Positions 13,847-30,659 of a stretch of DNA of 64,000 bases are shown in pieces (position 1 is the first letter of the stretch; each line of letters starts with the position of its first letter). Position numbers and translations under genes: made by a program. Source of the stretch: the human T2T-CHM13v2.0 reference genome, Homo sapiens; assembly GCF_009914755.1 (NCBI RefSeq), contig NC_060939.1, one strand, 5' to 3'. The notes under the pieces were generated by a model. It worked only from the letters and a program-made list of their open reading frames with translations. It had not been told where the DNA came from and did no database searches.

Positions 13847-14100
13847 TATATTTGTTTGCTATGACTGTTGCAACAAAGTACGACAAACTGGCTGGAGCTT
13901 AAACTGCAGAAAGTTATTGTCTCAGTTCTTCAAGCTACATGTCCAAGTTCAAGGTGTCAGCAGGTTTAGTTCCTTCTAAGGGCTGTGAGGGAAGGATCTA
14001 TCTCGTATCTTTCCTTTCTGATGGTTTGCTGGCAATCCCTGGCATTCCGTGGCTTGTAAAAGCATTACCCCAATCTCTGCCTTCATCTTACATGGCATTC

Positions 14101-14151
<51 letters not shown>

Positions 14152-14319
14152 ATGTCCCCCTATTTCCCTTTTATTATGACTAGAGTCGACTCTAATGACA
14201 TCATTTTAACTTAATTACTTTTGTAAAGACTGTCTCCAAATAAAGTCACATTCCGAAGTACCAAGAGTTAGGACTTCAACATAAAAATTTTGGCGGGGGA
14301 CACAATTCAACCCATAACA
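13847..14319 (-). mobile_element. MLT1B/C-like MaLR solo LTR
   Basis: Ends GGGGACACAATTCAACCCATAACA; AAGTTCAAGGTGTCAGCAGG internal motif; perfect 5-bp TSD CAGGT (13842-13846 / 14320-14324). Confidence 0.85.
14104..14149. repeat. (TG)n microsatellite inside MLT1
   Basis: About 23 uninterrupted GT units. Confidence 0.97.
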
Positions 14320-14929
14320 CAGGTGCAACCATTTTACATAAAGACCAAGAATCCACTGGTGTAATGTACATACAGTCTTGGCAGAAAAAAACAAAAAAAC
14401 TAGGGGATAAGGGTGTGACATTGTTCTAGTTATCCAATTGTAAAAGAATGAACATAAAAAGGCTGATTGAGACAAAATCATTCCCAAACACACTACAGGG
14501 GAAAAGTACACATTAATTGAGGTCAAAAATAGGTATTCCTTCAACCTGACTGGTAACTATTTTGAGGAGGAGAAAAAATGCTTTTTGTTCCTTTGCATCT
14601 TCCTTGTCTCCAAAAAGGCATAATGCATTATTCAGAAAGCAGTTATGCTTTGCTTGATGGAAGTACTTTTAACTGAAACCTTCAGGGAAAGAAAACACGA
14701 GATACAAAATATTCTCTTCCTTCTTACTTTTATAAGGGAATAGGTCAAAATGTAAGGATTCTAAAATTTAGCCCACTAAGGACAGAAGCTTTGTTCTTAA
14801 ATTAACTCTTATTTTGGGTTCCTCTTCCTACTAAGCAAAGGCATGTCATTGGTCACTAGCAGATGAGGAAAGAACTGAAAGGGCCACAGTTGGAAAAATC
14901 AATTTCCATGTTTCTCAATGCTGAGATGA

Positions 14930-15400
14930 CTGTAGCAGCTAATATTAGAGAAGTGAAATAAGTCAGTCATAGAAAGACAAGCACTACATGATTCCTCTTG
15001 CATGAGGCACCTCAATTAGTCAAAAGTACATAGGTAGACAATAAAATGGTGATTCATAGGGAATGCAGAGAAGATGATATAGAGTATTGTTGAATGTATA
15101 TAAAGTTAGTTATATGAGACGAGTAATTTCCAGTGATCTGCTGTACAACATAGTGCCCACGGTTAACAATAAGGTATTGCACATCTAAAATTTTGTTAAA
15201 AGGGTAGATCTCATGTTAAGTATTCTCACCACCACAAAAAAAAGGGGAGGAAGACACAAGGAAACCCTTGAAGGTAATGGATATGTTTATTGCCTGAATA
15301 TGGTGATGATAACATTAATATAGGCATCTGTTCAAGCTCAAATTATATACATGAATTATACGCAGGCTTTTGTATATCAACTATTCCTCAATAAAGATAG
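14930..15400 (+). mobile_element. L1MA9/L1MB-like 3' end
   Basis: AAGTGAAATAAGTCAGTCATAGAAAGACAAG...GATCTGCTGTACAACATAGTGC...AGGGTAGATCTCATGTTAAGTATTCTCACCAC. Confidence 0.7.
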
Positions 15401-15414
15401 GAAAATTAGTATGA

Positions 15415-15645
15415 AATAAGCAGTTACTGTGTGCTAGGCACTATGCTAAGCAAAGCAAGACACTTTGCATGGGTTATTTCACGTATTGTTCACACAATTT
15501 AATGAGAAAGGAATTATTTCCATTCCCATGTTATAGGTAAAGAGGGTAAAACATAGAAAGATTGTTCAAACTAATTACTTACTCTTCAGTGGCAGAGCCA
15601 AGGGTTTGAACCCAGGTCTGCTTGACTTCAGAGCTCACACTCTTA
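15415..15645 (-). mobile_element. MIR SINE remnant
   Basis: TACTGTGTGCTAGGCACTATGCTAAG...GGCAGAGCCAAGGGTTTGAACCCAGGTCTG. Confidence 0.7.
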
Positions 15646-16378
15646 AAAGAACAAGCTTCACACTCTTGAAAAGAACAAGCTGTCATCTGGACTAAATACC
15701 AAATTCTAATTTTGCTACTGGTTCTGAAACTCTGGGAAATCTTTTGGCTATAAAAGCTACATAAAACCTGTCTACCTCAATATAGGGAAAAGCTGCCATT
15801 TTCCCTTAGACCTCTTGCCTTTGGATCAAAATCATTTTACTGTACACGTCCTTTGTCTTAGTATGAGAAGTAATTGATTTTCGTTCCCACACCACCACGT
15901 AAAGACTCGCTGTCAAAGTAAGAGTTTTTCCTGAGATGCATGCCTTCAATGGTAGCCCCTCTTATATTCATCTTAGATTTTCCTCACCAGTTATGTCTCA
16001 GCTCATAAAAGAAACTCAATCACCATCTGCATCCAGCCTCCTTTGTGCTATTTTCGGCTTAGGATGCTTTCACATTCAGGTATTTTATTCACCTAGGGGG
16101 CACCCTTATATGTGATGTCAGCTTAGTTGTTTTCCATATTATGAGCCCATTTTCCCAAACATGACCTACTAAATGATCTGTTCTTTCCCCCACAGATTTG
16201 TGGTGTCACCATATGTACATGCATCTGTCTTGGAGTTTTCTACAAATTCAATGGTGCATTTCCCTGTTTTTGCCCCAATATCATATACGTTTTACTACCA
16301 TGACCTTGTAATACATCTTAATATCTGGTAAGGCAAGTACACCTTCTTTCTTCTTTTTTTTTAATCATTTACCTAATA

Positions 16379-17358
16379 TGTGAAGGAAAAATTAACTCAA
16401 CTTATGTTTTTCTTCTGTCCTTACGCCACAACAATCAACACAAAAGATTTCTGGGACTAAATGTATGAAGATTTCTCTCCACACACCAAGCAAGCAATCA
16501 GTTCTTCAGATGACACCTGCTGTATGTCCTCCAACTCAATCCAGTTCTAACACTGTCTACCTGGAGATATCCTCAGACACCACAGGGCAAGGGCTCAGTC
16601 TTACAAGACTGCCCCCTCCCTCCTAGCAGTCACAGGTCTGGGCCTCTGAAAATTCTGACTAACTGGCTACAAGTTGGGCTTTCCACAATCCCCACTTTGG
16701 GTTCAATTAAATTGCTACAGTGGCTCACAAAACTCAGGAAAATTTATCTACATGTATCATTATAAAGGGTATCGCAAAAAATACAGACGAAGCCATGCAT
16801 AGAGTGAAGCACATGAAAAGGGATGTGGAACTTCCATGCCCACCCCAGGCTCACCCTCCAAGAACCTCAGGTGTTCAGCTATCTGGAAGCTTTTAGGATC
16901 TTGTCCTCTTGGGCTTTCTATAGCTATGGACTTCGTTTGATAGGCATGATTGACAACCATGCATAAATGTGGCTGGACAAAAAGGATATGAAACATTAAC
17001 AGACCAGTGGGGAAACCCAACAAGGCCTGTCTGTTCAGGTTCTTCTTGACCTCTCTGTGCACCATTCCTTCCTTGAAGGTATGGAAACAGCCTCTTCTGA
17101 AATGGGGATCTTACAAGTAGACAAGTTAGGCCAGAGAATTTCTTTACGGCCAGCTTCAAGACAAAGGCTAGGGAAGATTCCCGCCTTGGGGAGAGAAAAG
17201 AGCAGGAAAAGGAGGCGGGAGAAGGTCAGAGAGACAGACTGTTTTCTGAGCCCTGCTTCTGAGGACTAAAGCACTCCAACATTATAATAAAAGATACTAA
17301 CAAGGGCTATGGGAGTTACCAGCCAGGAACTGTGGATAACAACATATATATTTTACAC
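16379..17358 (-). mobile_element. MER21-family ERV solo LTR
   Basis: TG...CA termini; TCTAACACTGTCTACCTGGAGATA, AAGGGCTCAGTCTTACAAGACTGCCCC and AACAAGGGCTATGGGAGTTACCAGCCAGGAACTGTGG motifs typical of MER21. Confidence 0.75.
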
Positions 17359-17494
17359 CTAGCCATTTGTGGACCATTATTTCTCCATAGAATTTTGAAT
17401 AGACTTTGTAGCTTATTCTCTTTCTGTATGCTGGAGCAACTTTATGAACTAACAATTGACCTTGAAGCTATGCTAAAAGTCATTTAGAAAACCA

Positions 17495-17869
<375 letters not shown>

Positions 17870-18467
17870 CTAATTTCTTCAATATTTATTGGTAAAAGTT
17901 CTGTATTTTCTCTTGCACGTATTATAGAATATGTGTTTTTCTGGAGCTTATCACTTTTATTTAATTCTTCAAAATCATTGCAACTCTGACTTGATATTTT
18001 TATCTTTTTTCTTCAAATTCTTTTGTTTACATTGCATAGTTTTTTCATGTTCCATTTTGACAGATGTCTACCTATAATATTCATTCTTTCAAGGAATTAG
18101 CTTTTGGGTATCTTAATCTTCTCTCTGGCTTAGTGTTATTCCTGTTCTCTAATTCACATATTTCTTCTAGTCTTTATTTTCATCTTTCCTATTTCTTTCA
18201 GTTTGTTTTGTTTCTTTCTTCTAACATAACATTGAATGACTAGCTCATGTTATCATATATTAAATATCATTAATGTTTATATGAATATTATTAATTCTAA
18301 GTAATAATTTCCATTCATTATTTCCCCTTAAACTCAAGGTTATTCTGTAAAATTTTATTTTAAAACATATGGGCTTGTTAAACTCTTTGAAAAGTGATTT
18401 CTCATTGTATTGCATTATAATCACAAAACCCTCTGTATTATATAGATCCAGTGAAATCAAATGAAGC

Positions 18468-18779
18468 TTTTATTTTTATTTATTTATTTTTTTTTTTTTG
18501 GAGATGGAGTCTCACTCTGTCACCCAGGCTAGAGTGCAGTGGTGCGATCTTGGCTCAGTGCAACCTCTGCCTTCCGGGTTCAAGCGTTTTTCTGCCTCAG
18601 CCTCATGAGTAGCTGGGATTACAGGCACCCGCCACCATGCCTGGCTAATTTTTGTATTTTTAGTAGAGACGGGGTTTCACCATACTGGCCAGGCTGGTCT
18701 CAAACCCCTGACCTTGTGATCCACCTGCTTCAGCCTCCCAAAGTGCTACAATTACATGTGTGAGCCACCGCACCTGGCC
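18468..18779 (-). mobile_element. AluS (Sg-like)
   Basis: Reverse dimeric Alu; degenerate TSD GAAATCAAATGAAGCTTT / GAATTAAACGAAGCTTT. Confidence 0.92.
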
Positions 18780-19772
18780 AGAATTAAACGAAGCTTTCTT
18801 AGGTGCCTATTTTATTGTCTATTTTTGTAACTGTTCTGTATAGGCTCTACTGCAGTAACTTCTAACTGTTCCTCCTACACACACGCTGGTCATAAACTAG
18901 TCTGTCTCCAGAGTGCAGAGTTTTAACGTTTATACAAGACAGAGTTCTTAACACAGAGATCTGTACTAAAATCACCACTTCCTCAATCCTACCTGTCCTC
19001 TGCCTGTCTAAAACTCTTCATTGGCCTCTCACTGTTTCTAGGATAAAGACAACGTGGCTAGAAACCTGTGCCCTTCTCTGCAGACTTATCTCCCCACCAT
19101 GCCCACTTCATGCCTGATACTCCAGCTACAACACATTTTAAGTTCCACTGCACGAGACTCTTTCCATGAGGTCTACGTTTTCCTGAGGATATATATGATT
19201 TAGCCACTCATAATTATGATAGTTGACACACAATAAACCATGATTGATGATGTGGGAAAGTAAATGCATGCCTCAAAGTTTAACAACAAAAAAGATGACC
19301 CTGGTTTCATAGAAATAATGTCCTAAAGGAAGTTTAGTGGCCCTCTAAAAAAATCCAGGGTAAGAGCTTTCTGGAGAAGAAGGAAAGTAGTGAACAAAAC
19401 ATGCAGTATGTCTGATTAAACAGAAGGATTAAAACTGTTGTGTCATCCATGATGCCCAGAAAACTTTGTTATTGTCAAGTTGACTCCTGAAGTTCTGTTT
19501 TCTGCCATAACTTCCTTTCTTTACCCTAGAGGGGTTATACAAACATCATGGCCTAATATTTATAAACATGTCCCCTTGTTGGTGACTCTGATCTCAACAG
19601 CAACAAACAAAAATCAGTGAAGGCCTCCTTCAAGCTCTTAGAATGTCTATTCGTAAAGAAACCGTAGAAGAATTTGGCTTTTCCTACCCAAACAGAACCA
19701 GCTGGGATGAACAGAGTGTAGTGAACTATTATCACCAAAGCAATGTGCTTTTCCTTTCTGTGCCCACAACCA

Positions 19773-19784
19773 CCACACACACAC

Positions 19785-19815
<31 letters not shown>

Positions 19816-19816
19816 C
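19773..19816. repeat. (CA)n microsatellite, imperfect
   Basis: CA run interrupted by two TA units. Confidence 0.95.
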
Positions 19817-20599
19817 CCATCAATATTCCCCAAAGCATAGTGATTTGTATAAAGATAAACATTGCCAGGCAGTGACTTCTCTGAAGGAATGTGAAGGAGG
19901 AAAAGCTGGGCCTTGTCACAATACATTTCACATTGTGCCTCTAACCTTTAATGTCAAAAGTCACATAATAATCAAGGAATAGTAAATTTCTTTAAAAAAA
20001 AAAGCCATCTTCCTTATAAATCCAATTAAAATAACTCAACTCTGAGTTCTAGAACTAGAGGATATTGACAGCAAAAGCTCACTTGCAGGTGGTTCTTTCT
20101 CCTCCCCATCCCCCTTATATGGAGTCTTCTTCCCTAGGCTGTATTACTAAGAGTCATACACTCATCTCATCTGACCCTCTACAGAGTTGTTAGGCCTTTG
20201 GTCCTGCATGTTATCTGTTCAAAATGTGAAAGCCTCACATTTCTTTTATTTCTAAAAATGTCTATAGTGCCTCAAAGCTTCTTTGTTCATGTACACAATT
20301 TCTAAGCTATTAAGGGACCCAAGGAAAAAAAAACCATAATCTAGGCAACCCCAGGCACATCAAGATTGAACAGAAGAAAGGTGTCATTTCCTGACCCCAT
20401 GTATCTGCTTTTGGAAAGGTTCAATCACTTAACTTTAGCATGGTATTTAGGTCTCTGCTATTATTGAGGGTCAGATAAAAGATGAGAGTCAGGAAGTCAA
20501 ACCTTGATGTAAAATTAATGGAAACTGACTAAGTCAAGAGGGTATATTTGGTGGGAAAATCTTGTAGCAAGAAACCAGGCAGCTGCCCAGGAGCTGGAT

Positions 20600-20815
20600 G
20601 AGAGAGTGGAAGGAACACTGAAGTAGAAGTCTAAAAACTTGGGTTCAATCCCAACCCAGCCAAGAACAAGCCCATGTGACTTTGCAAAGATCATATGACT
20701 TCTCTGAAAGTCACTTTCTTTATTTTTAAAGTGGGAATAATAGCATTTACCTTGACAGTTACTATATGGATGAAATAAGATTATTGATGTAAAAACTCCA
20801 AGCATATAATAAACA
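20600..20815 (+). mobile_element. MIR SINE remnant
   Basis: TTGGGTTCAATCCC...ATGTGACTTTGCAAAGATCA...AAAGTGGGAATAATAGCATTTACC. Confidence 0.6.
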
Positions 20816-21461
20816 CCCAGTATATATTTGGGAATCTGAAACTATCCTCCTAGTGAGCCCCCAGGTTTCACACACAGGTCAAATACCTAGTCATCCAACT
20901 CTGTGGTATCAGAACCTGGCATCAGGGGAATGTGTCAGGCCTCCTAAAGAATCTCTCTGCAGGCCATACTTTCTCAATCTGATAAGCCTCACAAGTGTTT
21001 TTCATAAATATGCCATTCCCAAACTAGGTGACAACCAGATTCTTCACTCCTTTGTAGCATTTACAAGACTTAGAATAATACTAGGAGCACAAGTTGTATT
21101 TTGATACACATAAGAAATATATAAAAATATTTAAGGGAAAATTGACAGAACCTTGTTACTCAATATATTGAGCTAACAATAGTGGTGAAATATTCAAGCC
21201 AATCAAATTTTTTGCCTCTTAGTCATGAACTCCTTGCCAAGTACAGTTCACGTGTTCAAGTAAATAGCACACTTTTCTAGCTAACTGGGAAATAAAGTAT
21301 TTCTTAAAAAGTAAAAGAGATCTTTTCTGCCTGGAATTAGCTATCTAAAATAATATTAATAAAAACAAATAGGTATGTTGTACTAAACAGAGGTATTAAT
21401 AAATGTAGTACATTCTACATTTTTATAAATTGAATCCTCTTTTTTCTAAGAATTTATCTGA

Positions 21462-21787
<326 letters not shown>

Positions 21788-23795
21788 GGAAGTCACTTTT
21801 TAAAAAGCAATCAGATTTCCAGTTATAAAATACAGATTTCCTTTCAGAAATTCCAAATCAAGTAATTCAACTAACACAAATGATAACATAATACAACACC
21901 AAGTAAACATCAAACAACAAAAGGTATGAATAAGCTTCCAAAAAACCTAAGGTCAAATGAGTATGGAAAAAGATACTGAGATGACATCTCAGGCTACAGT
22001 CTCAAAGCTGGCAGAGTTCATGTCCTCAAATAGGCGGCACACCCAAAAGGCAAAGCCAACAATATCTGGAGTTTAACAATAGGGAAGGAATGCAGACAAC
22101 CTTCTCTAAATCAACTTTAACATTAAAGAAAAGCAAGGCTGAATTGAGATAAAAAAAAAAAAGGAGACGGACCCTTGCCAGACCCTACAGCTTCGCATTC
22201 TTGATGGCTAGAGAGAAATAAAGGCCAAAAGAACTCCTTTCACACACACCAGTGTATTATGGGAAACTTTTGGCCAGTATAAAATATAACCTAGGTTCTT
22301 TCCCAGTTTGAACCACCTGCAAATACATGGTCTGGAAATAACTCACCAAATTCAAAGATGACAAATAAAACAAAACCAGGCACAGAACTATACAAGCATG
22401 TTATTATTTTTTTTTTAATGTTAAGGGAAAAGAATCAAAAGATCAATGGTGGAGGTGGCGGGCAAGATGGCTGAATATGAACAGCTCTGGTCTACAGCTC
22501 CCAGCAAGATCAACTCAGAAGGTGGGTGATTTCTGCATTACCAACTGAGATACCCATCTCATCTCATTGGGATGGGTTAGACAGTAGGTGCAGCCCATGG
22601 AGGGCAAGCTGAAGCAGGGTGGGGCGTCACCTCACATGGGAAGTGCAAGGGGTCAGGGAACTCCCTCCCCCAGCCAAGGGAAGACATGAGGGACTGTGCC
22701 ATGAGAAATGGTGCATTCTGATCCAAATATTACACTTTTCCCACAGTCTTCGTAACCCGCAGACCAGGAGATTCCCTCGCGTGCGTATACCACCAGGGCC
22801 CTGGGTTTCAAGCACAAAACTGGGTGGCTGTTTGAGCAGACACTGAGCTTGCTGCAGGAGTTTTTTTTTTTTCACACCCCAGTGGTAGCTGGAATGCCAG
22901 CCAATCAGAACTGTTTACTCCCCTGCAGAGGGGGCTGAAGCCAGGGAGCCAAGTGGTCTGTCTCAGCAGATCTCACCCCCATGGAGCCCAGCAAACTAAG
23001 ATCCACTGGCTTGAAATTCTCGCTGCCAGCACAGCAGTCTGAAGTTGACCTGCGACGCTCAAGCTTGGTGGGGGACACCACGTGTGCGCCATTACAGAGG
23101 CTTGAGTAGGCAGTTCTCCCCTCACAGTGTAAACAAAGCCATGGGGAAATTGAAACTGGGAAGAGCACACTGAAGCTCAGCAAAGCCACTGTGGCCAGAC
23201 TGCCTCTCTAGATTCCTCCCCTCTGGGCAGGGCATCTCTGAAAGAAAGGCAGCAGCCCCAGTCAGTGACTTATAGATAAAATTTCCATCTCCCTGGGACA
23301 GAGCACCTTGGGGAAGGCATGGCTGTGGGCACAGCTTCAACAGACTTAAACGTTCCTGCCTGCCAGATCTGAAGACAGCAGCAGATCTGTCAGCATAGCA
23401 CTTGAGCTCTGCTAAGGGACAGACTGCCTCCTCAAGTGGGTCCCTGACCCCCATGCCTCCTGACTGGGAGACACCTCCCAGCAGGGGTCCACAGAAAGCT
23501 CATACAGGCATCTCTGGCTACCATCTGTCAGGTGCGCCTCTGGGAGGAAGTTTCCAGAGGAAGGAACAGGCAGCAATCTTTGCTGTTCTGCAGCCTCTGC
23601 TGGTGATACCCAGGCAAAAAGGGTCTGGAGTGGACCTCCAGCAAACTCCAACAGACCTGCAGCAGAGGGGCCTGTTAGCAGTAAAACTAACAAACAGAAA
23701 GGAATAGGATCAACATCAACAAAAAGGATGTCCACACAGAAATCCCATCTGAAAGTCACCAACATCAAAGACCAAAGGTAGATAAATCCATGAAG

Positions 23796-24811
23796 ATGAG
23801 GAAAAAACAGCACAAAAAGGCTGGAAATTCTGAAAACCAGAACGTGTCTTCTCCTCCAAAGGATCACAACTCCTTGCCAGCAACAGAGCAAAACTGAATG
23901 GAGAAGGAGTTTGATAAAATGACAGAAGTAGGCTTCAGAAGGTGGGTAATAACAAACTCATCCAAGCTAAAGGAGCATGTTCTAACCCAATACAAGGAAG
24001 CTAGGAACCTAGAAAAAGGGCTAAAGGAATTGGTAACAACAATAAACAGCTTAGAGAAGAACATAAATGACCTGGTGGAGCTGAAAAACACAGCACAAGA
24101 ACTTCCTGAAGCATACGCAAGTATCAATAGCCAAAGCAATCAAGTAGAAGAAAGGATATCAGAGGTTGAAGATTAACTTAATGAAATAAAGTGTGAAGAC
24201 AAGATTAAAGAAAAAAGAATGAAAAAGAATGAACAAAGCCTCCAAGAAATATGGGACTATGTGAAAAGACCAAACCTACATTTGATTTGTGTACCTGAAT
24301 GTTATGGGGAGAATGGAACCAAGTTGGAAAACACACTTCGGGATACTATCCAGAAGAACTTCCCCAACCTAGCAAGACAGGCCAACATTCAAATTCAGGA
24401 AATACAGAGACCACCAAAAAGATACTCCTTGAGCAACCCCAAGACACCTAATCATCAGATTCACCAAGGATGAAATGAAGGAAAAATGTTAAGGGCAGCC
24501 AGAGAGAAAGGTCGGGTTACCCACAAAGGGAAGTCCATCATACTAACAGTGGATCTCTCTGCAGAAACCCTGCGAGCCAGAAGAGAATGAGAGCCAATAT
24601 TCAACATTCTTAAAAGAATTTTCAATCCAGAATGTCATATCCAGCCAAACTAAGTTTCATAAGCAAAGGAGAAATAAAATCCTTTACAGACAAGCAAATG
24701 CTGAGAGATTTTGTCACCAAAAGGCCTGCCTTACAAGAGCTCCTGAAGGAGGCACTAAATATGGAAAGGAAAAACCAGTACCAGCCACTGCAAAAACATA
24801 CCAACTTCTAA
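23796..24811 (+). pseudogene. L1PA7 ORF1, disrupted
   Basis: Fragments MEKEFDK...VED and MKKNEQSLQEIWDYVKRPNL; several stops and frameshifts. Confidence 0.88.
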
Positions 24812-24874
24812 GGAACATCAACGCTATGAAGAAACTGCATCAACCAATGGGCAAAATAACCAGCAAACATCATA

Positions 24875-29082
<4,208 letters not shown>

Positions 29083-29799
29083 ACAATGAGAACACATGGA
29101 CACGGGGAGGGGAACATCACAGACAGGGGCCTGTTGGGGGTTGGGGGGGTAGGGGAGGGATAGCATTAGGAGAAATACCTAATTTAGATGACAGGCTGGT
29201 GGGTGCAGCAAACCACCATGGCACGTGTATACCTATGTAACAAACCTGCATGTTCTGCACATGTATCCCAGAACTTAAATTATATTTAAAATAAAAGGTG
29301 AATTGTAGGAAAAAAAGACAAAAATATTGCTATCAAGAAAATAAAAATCATCAACAAACATAGCAACTGAATTAAAAAATATTGAAGCAAGTACCTCCTT
29401 AAAAATACCTCACAACATAGATGATTAACTGCTACGGAGTTATGTCAAAGACAAAAGCAAAAGAAAAAACACATGCTTAGTTCAAACTAATGTGGGAAAG
29501 AAAACTAAAACCATCACAGAGATGAAAACGACATTGAAAAAGACACAAGGCAGGGTCGATACTGCTAAAAACAATACCAGAGAATTGAGAAAAACAAGCA
29601 AAATAAAATGACCAAAAAATAAAATAAAATAAATCCAAAGAGTTAAAAATGATAGAAGACAGTCAACATAAAAGCAAATGAGATTCAATGCCTAACTTTC
29701 ATCCCTGAAGAACAGAACTGCAATCATAGGTCAGGAAAAGTAGACCATGATCTATCCATCTATAATGAGTAGACGGACTGATGTGTGCATGTATAAGGG

Positions 29800-30005
29800 A
29801 CTGTGTACCTCAAACTATCTGTGGTGAAGTGCTACACTTTACTTTTTCAGTCCATTTCAGGCTGACACTTTTATTTCAAGTAACAATGATGATGACGATG
29901 ATGACACAGTGATGTTAAGTAACTATAAAACTTTCTAAATGCTTACTCTTGTTTTGTGCATCTATCTTAGGAACATCTCAGCACTGGTTTATGAACAACA
30001 CTTAG
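29800..30005. mobile_element. Possible hAT-Charlie DNA transposon remnant
   Basis: CTATAAAACTTTCTAAATGCTTACTCT...TATCTT resembles Charlie4-type MITE sequence from memory; TIRs not resolved. Confidence 0.35.
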
Positions 30006-30329
30006 ATGATCTGATTTACACAGAGCTGAGTAAATTGTCCACATTGCAGTACAGAGAGATAAAGATAGAAAATATAAAGGATGATAGTGAACAGAACGAG
30101 AAAGACTTCCACTAAGCTGAGTTCCTAAAGGAGAGAATATGGTGAAGAGGGAATATTTGAAGACATACTACCTGAAAATTTTTCAAGAATTAATGAAACA
30201 TGAATTTTCTGATATGAATCACAAATCTAAAGCAAATGAATAACAAGAAACCTACACCTACTGCATTTCAGTGAAAAATGCACAATACCAAAGACAAAAA
30301 GAATACCATAAAACCATGCAGATTTTTTA

Positions 30330-30655
30330 AAAAGATATTTGAACAGTAAGAAAACACCATGATTAAAAAATGGGCCAAAGACCTGAACAGACACTTCACT
30401 AAAGGTATACTGATGACGAATACATATGTGAAAAGATGTACTATATCATATGCCATCAGGGAAATTCAAATTTTGTAAAAAATGAGATACCATTACACAC
30501 CTACTAGAATGGCCAAAATCCAGAATTATGACAACAAATGCTGGTGAGCATGTGAAGCAACAAGGACTCTCTTTCATTGGTAGTGGAGATGTAAAATGGT
30601 GTAGCCACTGTGGAAGACAGTACAGTGGTTTCTTATAAAACTAAATATACTTGAT
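30330..30655 (+). mobile_element. L1MC-like ORF2 3' fragment
   Basis: AAATGGGCCAAAGACCTGAACAGACACTTCAC...TACACACCTACTAGAATGGCCAAAATCCAGAA...GGAAGACAG. Confidence 0.7.
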
Positions 30656-30659
30656 CATC

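Noticed and set aside
13939-14214. ORFs with VCVCVC or HTHTHT runs (also 19553-19982)
   Set aside because: The frames are extended by TG/CA microsatellites.
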